Origin: an uncultured Acidobacteriota bacterium
GTDB taxonomy: Bacteria; Acidobacteriota; UBA6911; RPQK01; JAPXNP01
Direction of reading: 5' to 3'
NCBI GenBank assembly: GCA_963777605.1
Contig: CAVZRV010000035.1
Span: forward strand, 160,001 to 224,000
Length of the DNA: 64,000 nucleotides
The notes below the pieces were generated by a model that saw only the letters and a program-made list of their open reading frames with translations, searched no databases and was not told the DNA's origin. Positions 39,087 through 48,088 of the stretch are shown here, piece by piece (position 1 is the first letter of the stretch; every line of letters begins with the position of its first letter). Both the position numbers and the translations under genes were made by a program.

Positions 39087-41759
39087 TTATAGCAGCGCCT
39101 CGACCGCTTCCCGCAAGCGGCTGTTGAAGGCATCGACCGACTCTCCCGAATTCGGCTTCAGGGGCTTCCCGTAATGAATCCGGATCGGGAGAAAGCTGAT
39201 CTTGTTGGACCCTCTCCTCCAGACTTCAAAGGATCCGCGGATCCCCACGGGGACCACCGGCACGCCGATCTGAGTAGCCAGGATAGCCGGCCCCTTCCGG
39301 AAAGGCTTCAAGGTTCCATCAATGGAACGCTCCCCCTCCGGAAAGACCATTAAAACGAGATCGTTCCGCAACCCTTCAGCCGCAAGCCGCAGGGTCTGTT
39401 TGAGGTCCCGGTCCGGATTGACGGGGAGAGTCCGCACGATTCCGCCGAGGAAACCGGTCAGGCCCCCGGAGAAGTAGTCCGAATACCCCAGCGAATAGAA
39501 CCGCCGGACGATGCGGTTGGGCAAAAGGCAGATGACAATGAAGGCATCCAGGAAGCTGAGGTGGTTGGGACAAAGCATGAAAGGATACTCTTCGGGAAGG
39601 TTCTCCAGCCCTTCTCCCTTCAGCTTGAAACAGAGCTTGCTGATCAGCCGGATCGTGATTGCCACCAGAATGACCAAAGGTTCTACAAACGGACGTCTCT
39701 TCAGCAGGCGCAGATATTCTTTCGGAGTATCCTCTCCGAGCGGTTCGTCCAAAAAGTCCGACCAGCTTCGCTTCTCACCCTCCCCGTCACCCGGCTCGTC
39801 GAGCCGGTTTTTGACCCGGTCAAAGACATCCCGGAGCGTAAAAAGCTGAGCAGCCTCCTCGTCAGGGATCGAAATCTGGTAAGCCTCGTGAACCGAGGAG
39901 AGAAACTCCACTCTCTCCAGTGAATCGAGACCAATGTCCAGTTCGAGGTTCATTTCCGGATTAAGGCCGGTGGCCGCTTTGACCTCCTGCAAAAGAGCCG
40001 TTACTCGAGTTTCCACCTCGTCTTCGGGGCTCCAGGCTTCGACCGCTGCAGTGCCCTCCGGGGCACCGCTTCGCAGGCGCTGCTCGACGTCGAAGCGCTT
40101 GATCTTACGTGTCGGCGTCCTCGGAAGCGGCTCCTGCCAGATCTCGAAGGTGCGCATCCTCTTGTAGGGGGGAAGCTGCTGGGAAAGTGTCTCGGTCAGG
40201 TAGCGGATCATGTGATAGGCATTGACGACCTGCTGGCGCTTCATTTCGTCGAAATCGGGCACGATCACGGCATGGAGTCGTTCCCCTTCATGACCCGTAT
40301 CGTCCTGCACCCCGATGACGCACATTTCCTTGATCAGCGGGCAGTTGGACTGGTAGAAGTGCTCGATTTCTTCAGGATAGATGTTCTTTCCCGAACTGAG
40401 CACGATCACCTCTTTGGCGCGGCCGGTGATGTACAAGAACCCGTCCGTGTCGAAATAGCCCAGGTCGCCGGTGCGAAGCCAGCCCTCGTCGTCGAAGGCC
40501 TCCCGGGTTGCTTCCGGGTTCCGGAAGTACTCCGGAGTGACACTCTCCCCCCGAATCAGAACGTGGCCGACGCCGTGTTCATCGGGTTGATCGATCTTGA
40601 CCTCGGTGTGCGGCAGAGGCCGTCCGACCGAGCCGATCCCTTCCAGAGTGACCGGGGTGACCGTAGTGAGCGCGGCGGTTTCCGTCATCCCGTAGGCCTG
40701 GAGGACGTCGAAACCCAGATCGGTCAGCGACCAGGCCACCGCCGGATCGAAACGTGCCCCCCCGACTCCGAAGTAGCGCAAGTGTTCTCCGAACTGGGTG
40801 TGCAGTTTCCGGAAGAAGACCTTGCCCGGGTTGAATCCCAGGCGGACCCGGCTGAAGTGGGAAACCCGAAGCAGCAGGTTGAAAACCATCCGCTGCAGGG
40901 AGCCAAGGTGTTCAATCTCGGACATGATCCGGCGATGCAGGAGGTAGAAGAACTGGGGCACGCAAACGAAAATCGTGATCCCCTCTTCGCGAAACACGCG
41001 CAGGATCCGCTGGGCATCGATCACATCGAGAAACGTCGTCCGGGCCCCGCAGTGGAGCGGAACGATGAAATTCACGATCAGAGCGAGCACGTGGTAGAGC
41101 GGAAGAACGCCCAGGAAGTGGTCCCTCTCGGTCACGTGAATCAGCTTGAGCGTATCGATGACATTTCGATAGAGGTTTCGCCCAGTGAGCACGACCCCCT
41201 TTGGCTCACCCGTCGTCCCACTGGTGTAGAGGATCACATGAGGTTCGTCGATGTCCCGCGCCACGAGCGGAAGCGGGATCTCGGAGGCCTGTCCGGCAAC
41301 GACCACCTGGTTCCACTCCGGGTAACGCCCCTCCGCGGACCCAACAACCAGGACAGGCAGCGGTGCCGGAAGAAGTTCCTGGATCTGGTCCAGCACGGGG
41401 AGCAGCTTCTCCGAGGCAAAAAGAAAGCTGCACCGCGCGTGGGCGATCAGCTTGGCAAGGGTTTCGGGCGTATGGAGGACATCCAGGGGCACCACCACAG
41501 CTCCGGCACTCTGGGTCGCCAGGAATGCAATCCCCCAGCGTGGGTGGTTCTCGATGACCAGTCCCACTGAAGACGCCGGACCAACGCCCTGGTCCTGGAG
41601 GTGCCGGCTGACCTGGCGGACTTCCTCCCCCACCTGCTGGAAAGTGATGGTCTCGGCTCCGCTCCGCGTGATGTTCTTGAACGCCACCTGCTCCGGAACG
41701 CGGTCGAGAACCAATCTAAACTGCTCAAAAAAATCGTAATCAAATTTGGAATAATTCAA
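39087..41759 (-). CDS. Acyl-AMP ligase/long-chain acyl-CoA synthetase + acyl carrier domain + PlsC-type acyltransferase fusion
   Basis: YTSGTTGEPKG, YGMTE and TGDLG (AMP-binding); IGLDSL (phosphopantetheine site); NHLSFLD and FPEGER (LPLAT). Confidence 0.9.
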   Translation of the reverse strand: MNYSKFDYDFFEQFRLVLDRVPEQVAFKNITRSGAETITFQQVGEEVRQVSRHLQDQGVGPASSVGLVIENHPRWGIAFLATQSAGAVVVPLDVLHTPETLAKLIAHARCSFLFASEKLLPVLDQIQELLPAPLPVLVVGSAEGRYPEWNQVVVAGQASEIPLPLVARDIDEPHVILYTSGTTGEPKGVVLTGRNLYRNVIDTLKLIHVTERDHFLGVLPLYHVLALIVNFIVPLHCGARTTFLDVIDAQRILRVFREEGITIFVCVPQFFYLLHRRIMSEIEHLGSLQRMVFNLLLRVSHFSRVRLGFNPGKVFFRKLHTQFGEHLRYFGVGGARFDPAVAWSLTDLGFDVLQAYGMTETAALTTVTPVTLEGIGSVGRPLPHTEVKIDQPDEHGVGHVLIRGESVTPEYFRNPEATREAFDDEGWLRTGDLGYFDTDGFLYITGRAKEVIVLSSGKNIYPEEIEHFYQSNCPLIKEMCVIGVQDDTGHEGERLHAVIVPDFDEMKRQQVVNAYHMIRYLTETLSQQLPPYKRMRTFEIWQEPLPRTPTRKIKRFDVEQRLRSGAPEGTAAVEAWSPEDEVETRVTALLQEVKAATGLNPEMNLELDIGLDSLERVEFLSSVHEAYQISIPDEEAAQLFTLRDVFDRVKNRLDEPGDGEGEKRSWSDFLDEPLGEDTPKEYLRLLKRRPFVEPLVILVAITIRLISKLCFKLKGEGLENLPEEYPFMLCPNHLSFLDAFIVICLLPNRIVRRFYSLGYSDYFSGGLTGFLGGIVRTLPVNPDRDLKQTLRLAAEGLRNDLVLMVFPEGERSIDGTLKPFRKGPAILATQIGVPVVPVGIRGSFEVWRRGSNKISFLPIRIHYGKPLKPNSGESVDAFNSRLREAVEALL

Positions 41760-41841
41760 ATCACTCGACCTTCGGGAAATTGAGGTAGGCGCTATTATAG
41801 CGACTCAGTTCCCGAATCACCCGGATGATAAGATCATTTTG

Positions 41842-42816
41842 ATGCAGGGACTGTGGCTGCAGGAGCAGAAGCTTACCTACCGGGACGATTTGCCCGTACC
41901 GACACCTCCCCCCGGTGAGGCCCTCGTTCGAGTGGAACTCGCCGGGATTTGCCGGACCGATATCGAGCTGATCCGGGGCTACTATCCCTACAGTGGCATC
42001 CCCGGCCACGAATTCGTGGGAACGGTGACGCAAGCTCCCGGTGCCCCGCACCTGAAAGGGCAACGAGTGGTCGGCGAGATCAACGCCGTTTGCGGAAGGT
42101 GCCCCGAGTGTCGAAGGGGAGAATCGCACCACTGTCGCCGCCGCACCGTTCTGGGGATCGTCAACCGTGGAGGCGCGTTTGCCGAGTTCCTCGCTCTACC
42201 CGCCGACAACCTTCACGTCGTTCCCGACGGCGTGACAAACCGCCAGGCCGTTTTCACGGAACCTCTGGCTGCCGCCTTGAGAATCCGGGAGCAGGTATTG
42301 ATTGGCCCCGGGGAACTCGTTCTCCTGATCGGGGCCGGAAAACTGGGACAACTGGTGGCCCGGTCACTCGCGGCAACGACTTCCAGACTCCACGTCGTCG
42401 GCCGCTACCCGAGACAGCGTGAGCTGCTGGCTTCTCTGAACGCTACGATCTGGGACGCGATTCCCGCCGACACGGAGCGCTTCGGCCTGGTCGTAGAGGC
42501 GACCGGCTCCCCCGAAGGCCTGCAACTTGCGCTCGACAAGGTCCGCCCGGGTGGGACCATCGTCGTGAAGAGCACCTACGCGGGCCAGGCAGGTCTCGAT
42601 TTCTCAAAGCTCGTTGTTGATGAAATCTGTCTCGTCGGTTCTCGGTGCGGTCCGTTTGAACCGGCACTCGCAATGATGGAACAAGGGCACTTCGAATCCG
42701 AACCGCTGATCGAGGAGGAGTTCCCAATGAGCTCGGCTCTGGAAGCCTTCGATTGCGCCCAGGCGACCTCGGCAATGAAGGTGCTCCTCCGGGGACCGGG
42801 CAGCCCACCCCAATAG
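41842..42816 (+). CDS. Zinc-dependent alcohol dehydrogenase (MDR family)
   Basis: GICRTD, GHEFVG, CGRCPEC..HC and GAGKLG motifs. Confidence 0.9.
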   Translation: MQGLWLQEQKLTYRDDLPVPTPPPGEALVRVELAGICRTDIELIRGYYPYSGIPGHEFVGTVTQAPGAPHLKGQRVVGEINAVCGRCPECRRGESHHCRRRTVLGIVNRGGAFAEFLALPADNLHVVPDGVTNRQAVFTEPLAAALRIREQVLIGPGELVLLIGAGKLGQLVARSLAATTSRLHVVGRYPRQRELLASLNATIWDAIPADTERFGLVVEATGSPEGLQLALDKVRPGGTIVVKSTYAGQAGLDFSKLVVDEICLVGSRCGPFEPALAMMEQGHFESEPLIEEEFPMSSALEAFDCAQATSAMKVLLRGPGSPPQ

Positions 42817-42844
42817 ATCGCGAACCTTTGGTATCGTTGCCCTG

Positions 42845-43519
42845 ATGGCGGAACCTGTCCCCAAACACATTTACGGAATTCTCTTCGATTTCGATGGAAC
42901 GCTCATTGATGCTTCCGAAGTGATCTGTCACTCATACAACCGCGCGCTCCAATCGGCCGGCCTACCTTCCCGTTCGGAAGACGACCTCAAGTCGAGGATC
43001 GGAATTCCTCTCCGGGACGTGTTCGCCGAGATCGCCCCGTCATTTCCAAACGCCGAACTGGTGGCCGCCTACCGGGAGGAGTTCTGGAAGCACTCCAGAA
43101 CCGGCACCCGGCTGCTGCCGGGAGTCGGGCAGTTGATTCCCCAACTGGCCGCCCGCTACCAGCTGGCCGTCGTGACGTCACGAAGCTCCCGGGGCGCTTG
43201 GGACATCCTCGAGTACTTCTCCCTCGACTCCCTTTTCAAAACGGTCGTGGGAGTGGACGAGGTGACCAGGCCAAAGCCGGATCCCGAACCGGTGATCTCC
43301 GCGCTCTCCCTGATTGGTGTCGATCCTAAGAATGCTCTCTTCGTCGGGGACACCGTCCAGGACATGCAGGCCGCGGCGGCGGCCGGAGTTGCCGCCGTGG
43401 GCGTCGGAACCGGGAGCCATCGGCCCGAGGATCTGCTGGCGGCCGGGGCCGTCACCGTCTTGGGCGATTTTGCTCAACTCGCAGACCTCTTGCCGGCGGA
43501 AGACGATCGGATTGCCTGA
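42845..43519 (+). CDS. HAD-superfamily phosphatase (Gph/PpaX-like)
   Basis: FDFDGT, VVTS, KPDP and GDTVQD motifs. Confidence 0.9.
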   Translation: MAEPVPKHIYGILFDFDGTLIDASEVICHSYNRALQSAGLPSRSEDDLKSRIGIPLRDVFAEIAPSFPNAELVAAYREEFWKHSRTGTRLLPGVGQLIPQLAARYQLAVVTSRSSRGAWDILEYFSLDSLFKTVVGVDEVTRPKPDPEPVISALSLIGVDPKNALFVGDTVQDMQAAAAAGVAAVGVGTGSHRPEDLLAAGAVTVLGDFAQLADLLPAEDDRIA

Positions 43520-43549
43520 GCACGGTTCAACGAGTCGGACTCCAAAAAC

Positions 43550-43927
43550 TCACTTGTACAGGTGGACTTCAAAATCCAGGCTGTCCAGAACGTCGTAGAC
43601 GCGTTCCAGTACCGGTGGGTAGTAGGGGTCTTTCCGTGATGGTTTTCTGCGCTTTACCGCCTTCCGGACCAGATCTGAGTTGGTGGAGAGGCGACGGTTC
43701 TCCAAATTGAGTTCGATCCAATGGTCGGCCTTGCGTGGAGGCGCTTCGGAACTGACCTGGATTGCCAGGCCCAATTGCTTCAGGATCGCAATTCTTGGAT
43801 CCTCAGCCCGATAAATGTCATCTAGGAACTGGAGCAAGTCGGCCACCATCCATCCCCGGTCGGGCAAGATCAGGGAATAAAATTGATTCTGATACTGGAT
43901 GCTGATCGATCCGGTAACGGCCTCCAT
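43550..43927 (-). CDS. Hypothetical protein
   Basis: 125-aa ORF filling the intergenic gap, with -10-like TAGGAT 6 nt before the ATG. Confidence 0.65.
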   Translation of the reverse strand: MEAVTGSISIQYQNQFYSLILPDRGWMVADLLQFLDDIYRAEDPRIAILKQLGLAIQVSSEAPPRKADHWIELNLENRRLSTNSDLVRKAVKRRKPSRKDPYYPPVLERVYDVLDSLDFEVHLYK

Positions 43928-44008
43928 GCCCCTATCCTAACCGATTCAAAGAAAGGGCAAAGAACAGATTATGCTAGGATTAGCGCCAGTCCACATGCGG
44001 AAGGGATC

Positions 44009-44926
44009 ATGAGAAGTTCGATCATCGACATCGCTTCGGTTCGCGAAGAGGCGGAGGCTCGCGCGACCTGGCTCCAGCTGATCAATTCGTTTGTCGAACT
44101 GACCAAACCCCGGGTCACCTCCATGGTCCTGCTGACGACAGCGGCGGGATTCTACCTTGCCTCCCACACGCCCTACAACCTGGTGTTGCTGTTCAACGTC
44201 CTGGTCGGCACCGGCCTCCTGGCAACCGGAACAGCTGTTCTCAACCAGTACATGGAGCGGGAAGCCGACCGGCGCATGCACCGGACCTCGGCCCGTCCCC
44301 TTCCTTCCGGCCGGATCACGCCAAGGCAGGCACTCAATTTCGGCATGCTGCTGGTATCTGCCGGAACGGTCTACCTGCTGGGAACCACCAACACCCTGAC
44401 TGCACTGTTGGGATGGCTGACATCGGTCATCTACCTGCTCGTCTATACTCCGCTGAAGACCCGGAGCACCTGGTGCACCCTGATTGGCGCAATCCCCGGG
44501 GCGCTCCCACCCGTAATGGGCTGGACTGCCCAGCGCGGCTCGCTCGGGATCGAGGCGGTGATTCTCTTTGGGATTCTTTTCTGCTGGCAGTTCCCCCATT
44601 TTCTGGCCATTTCCTGGCTCTACCGTGACGACTACGAGAGGGGCGGCTTCCACATGCTCCCGCAAGGAAAAGAAGCCGGGCCATGGGCGGGACGACGAAT
44701 CCTGGGATTTGCGATTTTGCTCCTGCCGGTTTCGATGGCTCCCTACTGGACCGGGTTGACCGGACTCCTCTACCTTGCCGGCGCCGTCATCATGGGACTC
44801 TTCTTTCTCTGGTCCAGTTACGAGACGGCTCGACTCGCCACCAAGCCGGCCGCACGGCTTCTGCTCAGAAACTCGGTCATTTATCTTCCTATTCTGCTTC
44901 TCTTCCTTGCGATCGGTAAAGTGTGA
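44009..44926 (+). CDS. cyoE: Protoheme IX farnesyltransferase (heme o synthase)
   Basis: LTKPR, NQYMEREADRRMHRT..RPLPSG, YTPLK, GAIPGA and WQFPHF. Confidence 0.95.
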   Translation: MRSSIIDIASVREEAEARATWLQLINSFVELTKPRVTSMVLLTTAAGFYLASHTPYNLVLLFNVLVGTGLLATGTAVLNQYMEREADRRMHRTSARPLPSGRITPRQALNFGMLLVSAGTVYLLGTTNTLTALLGWLTSVIYLLVYTPLKTRSTWCTLIGAIPGALPPVMGWTAQRGSLGIEAVILFGILFCWQFPHFLAISWLYRDDYERGGFHMLPQGKEAGPWAGRRILGFAILLLPVSMAPYWTGLTGLLYLAGAVIMGLFFLWSSYETARLATKPAARLLLRNSVIYLPILLLFLAIGKV

Positions 44927-45846
44927 TGGATCTCGCCATAAGCCTGCGCGATGTGGTGTTCTCCTATGGGGAACGCAAAGCTTTGAACGGTGTCTCTTTT
45001 TCGGTGGAAGCCGGCAAGATCGCCGGACTGCTGGGTCCGAATGGGGGCGGCAAAACGACCACGTTCCGGATCCTCAGCACTCTTCTGCGGCCAGAGGCGG
45101 GGACGGCCACGGTCTTCCAGCGAGACGTTGTTGGTGACCCCTATGGAGTCCGACGCCTGATCGGGGTGGTCTTTCAGAATCGCAGCCTCGACCTCGAACT
45201 CACTGTCCGGGAAAACCTGGTCCACCAGGGCCACCTCTACGGGTTGCACGGGCGGACGCTGGCTCAAAGGATCGTACAACTCGCCGAACGGTTTGGGATT
45301 GTGGACCGGCTTTCGGAGCGGGCGAAGAGCCTCTCCGGAGGCCTGCAACGCAGAGTCGATCTCGCCAAGGCGCTTCTCAGTCAGCCCCGACTACTGCTTC
45401 TGGACGAACCCACCAACGGGCTCGATCCCAAAGTCAGCCGTGATTTCTGGAACCTGCTTCAGGACCTCAACCGGACCGAGGGCATGTCGATCCTCCTCAC
45501 CACCCACTCCATGGAAGAGGCGGAGCGTTGCAATGAACTGATCATCCTGGCGGATGGGGCCGTCGTGACCGAAGGAACTCCGTCAGCGCTCAAACAGAAA
45601 GTTGGGCCTGAGATCGTGACGCTGCGTTCCCCGGTAGCCGAAGAGTTGTGCGAGCGGATCCGGAACGAGTTATCCCTTGAGCCGACGCTCGTCGAAGGAG
45701 TCATTCGAATCGAACACGACAACGGCCACGAACTCATGTCCACGTTGGCTCAACGGTTCGAGGACTCGATCGAGTCTGTCACCGTCAGCCGGGCTACCCT
45801 GGAAGACGTCTTCATCCGGGAAACCGGCCGAACGCTGGCCGGATAG
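44923..45846 (+). CDS. ABC-2 type transporter ATP-binding subunit
   Basis: GPNGGGKT, LSGG, LLLDEPT, TTH and TLEDVF motifs. Confidence 0.92.
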   Translation: MMDLAISLRDVVFSYGERKALNGVSFSVEAGKIAGLLGPNGGGKTTTFRILSTLLRPEAGTATVFQRDVVGDPYGVRRLIGVVFQNRSLDLELTVRENLVHQGHLYGLHGRTLAQRIVQLAERFGIVDRLSERAKSLSGGLQRRVDLAKALLSQPRLLLLDEPTNGLDPKVSRDFWNLLQDLNRTEGMSILLTTHSMEEAERCNELIILADGAVVTEGTPSALKQKVGPEIVTLRSPVAEELCERIRNELSLEPTLVEGVIRIEHDNGHELMSTLAQRFEDSIESVTVSRATLEDVFIRETGRTLAG

Positions 45847-45952
45847 GCGGGTTTCTGGTTCCTGCTTGGTGGTTCCTGGAGAGTGTCCGCGAATGCACCC
45901 CGCCTGCGGGACTCCACCCAATCAAAAATCACAAATCTAAAATCTGAGATGC

Positions 45953-46513
45953 CTACAGGTCTGTTCTTGGGGCGGTGATGTGCTCGGGGACGAAACCCTT
46001 GATGAGGCGATTGTACCGGCCGCGCAGGTAGAGTAGGGGGCCACGGTCGGCAGCGTGAGGACCCCGGTGGACCCCCGTGACCTCTGCGAGCAAAATGGCA
46101 TGGTCGCCCGCGGGATGGATCGTCTGGAGGCGACAGTAGATCCAACCGAGGCAGTTGGGCAGAAAGGGGATCCCTTGTTCAGTGCGATCGTAAAGACCGC
46201 AGCCCCAGGACCGGTCAGTACTGTGCGTTGCAAAGAAATTGGAGATGGTCTCCTGGTCTTCGGTCAGGATGTTGACGACAAACGGACGGCCCAGGTCGAA
46301 CTGCTCCAGCCCGCCGAGTTGTCGGTCGAGGCAGACGAGGATCAGCGGAGGATCGAGGGAAACCGAGGTAAACGAGCTGACGGTGACGCCATAGGCGTTC
46401 TCCGCGGCGCCAACGGTCGTCACAACAGTGACGCCGGTAGCAAACAGTCCCATCGTATCCTTGAATGATCTCGGGTCCAAAGTCACGCTGACCTCATTTG
46501 ATGCCGGATGCAC
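45953..46513 (-). CDS. Flavin reductase family protein (HpaC/RutF-like)
   Basis: FATGVTVVT, SFTSVSLDPP, GDH and PLLY motifs. Confidence 0.9.
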   Translation of the reverse strand: MHPASNEVSVTLDPRSFKDTMGLFATGVTVVTTVGAAENAYGVTVSSFTSVSLDPPLILVCLDRQLGGLEQFDLGRPFVVNILTEDQETISNFFATHSTDRSWGCGLYDRTEQGIPFLPNCLGWIYCRLQTIHPAGDHAILLAEVTGVHRGPHAADRGPLLYLRGRYNRLIKGFVPEHITAPRTDL

Positions 46514-46594
46514 GCAAATTATGGTATCAAAAGGGGACTGCGGCCACAGTACCGGGGCGAGGACGGGTTCACAGAGAGAAGGAAAATCCGGAAT

Positions 46595-47362
46595 ATGCAG
46601 ATCAGAGGAGAAGTGGCAATCGTAACCGGCGCGGCTTCCGGGCTCGGGGCTGCGACGGCCGAGTTACTGGTTTCGGAAGGGGCACGGGTGTCCCTCTGGG
46701 ACCTCCGCGAGCGAGAGGGCACCGCGCTGGCTGAAAAGCTTGGAGAAGCTGCCCGGTTCCTCAAGACCGACGTCACCTCAGCCGAATCGGTCAGCCGCTC
46801 GCTGCACCAGACCGTGGCCGAAGTGGGCAGCCCGAAGATCAACGTGAACTGCGCCGGAATCCTGATCGGAGAAAAGATCCTCGGAAAGAACGGCGTTCAC
46901 GATCTCGATCGCTTCCGGAAAGTTGTCGAGGTCAACCTGGTTGGCACTTTCAATGTCCTTCGGCTGGTAGCCGAAACGATGTCCGGAAACGTCCCTGCCT
47001 CCGAGGGCGAGCGGGGTGTGATCATCAATACTTCGTCCATCGCCGCGTTCGAAGGCCAGTTGGGGCAGTCGGCCTATTCGGCCTCCAAAGCCGGCATCGC
47101 CGGCCTGACCCTTCCCGCGGCCCGGGAACTCGCCCGGAACGGTATCCGCGTCTGCGCCATTTCGCCCGGCGTGTTCGACACCGCCATGGTTGCCGGTATG
47201 ACCGAGACTGTCCGCGAATCCCTCGAAGCACAGATCCCCTTTCCTTCCCGTTTGGGTCGGCCCCGGGAATTTGCCTCCCTGGTAAGGGCCATCGTTGAGA
47301 ACCCGATGATCAACGGAACCGTCATCAGGCTGGATGGTGCGATGCGGATGTCCGCCCGCTAA
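46595..47362 (+). CDS. SDR, 3-hydroxyacyl-CoA dehydrogenase type II-like
   Basis: TGAASGLG, NCAGI, ERGVIINT, YSASK and RLDGAMRM. Confidence 0.9.
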   Translation: MQIRGEVAIVTGAASGLGAATAELLVSEGARVSLWDLREREGTALAEKLGEAARFLKTDVTSAESVSRSLHQTVAEVGSPKINVNCAGILIGEKILGKNGVHDLDRFRKVVEVNLVGTFNVLRLVAETMSGNVPASEGERGVIINTSSIAAFEGQLGQSAYSASKAGIAGLTLPAARELARNGIRVCAISPGVFDTAMVAGMTETVRESLEAQIPFPSRLGRPREFASLVRAIVENPMINGTVIRLDGAMRMSAR

Positions 47363-47376
47363 CACAGGAAGAACCC

Positions 47377-48066
47377 ATGTACGAAATCTACCGGCGCAGC
47401 CAGCGCAAGCGCATCCAGAGCGAAAGTTACACGAGCCACTCCTATCTCGTGATGCCTTCCGACGGCGAGTTTCAGCCATTCGGCTCACTGGTCCACTGCC
47501 TCGAGACGGTTCAGCGACCCGGCACCCGCATCCAGCGGGGGCCCTTTCGGGAAACCTTGATTGTCACGATTCCTCTGTACGGTTCAGTCAGAGTGGCAAC
47601 CGACTCCCAGGAGTCGATCCAGGTTGCGCGTGGTGAGCTTTCCCGGACAGTACCCGAGTATGGCGAGCACGTTACCTATGAAGCCGTTGGCGACGAGGAC
47701 GTTCGCTTCCTGGAACTGGGTTATCGAGTGTTGGGAGAACCGGAGCCTGGCAGCAACTCTTGCGCGACCTTCGACACCAGGGGCCCCCGGCCGTTGCTCG
47801 TGCCGGTAGCATCGGGTCAGGAGTCCACTGACCTGATGACACTTCCCTTCGACTGCGATATCTACATGGCTTTCCTGAGAGCGGGCGAAAACCTCATCTT
47901 CGAGACCGCCCTGGAGCGAGCGCTTATCTTGCTCGTCCTCGAAGGCACCATCCGGGTCGAGGAGCACCGGTTGCTTGATCGGGATTCGGCGCACATTCTG
48001 AGAGTCAATCATCTCGCGATTGCGGCCCCGGAGCGTTCCCAGCTCTTACTCGTAGACATGCCCTGA
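47377..48066 (+). CDS. Pirin-like bicupin protein (YhaK-like), apparently lacking metal-binding His
   Basis: S-HS, PFGSL, PVASG, VLEGTIRV...L..RDSA and LLLVDMP pattern. Confidence 0.6.
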   Translation: MYEIYRRSQRKRIQSESYTSHSYLVMPSDGEFQPFGSLVHCLETVQRPGTRIQRGPFRETLIVTIPLYGSVRVATDSQESIQVARGELSRTVPEYGEHVTYEAVGDEDVRFLELGYRVLGEPEPGSNSCATFDTRGPRPLLVPVASGQESTDLMTLPFDCDIYMAFLRAGENLIFETALERALILLVLEGTIRVEEHRLLDRDSAHILRVNHLAIAAPERSQLLLVDMP

Positions 48067-48088
48067 GTCTGCTACAGTTGCATTTCTC

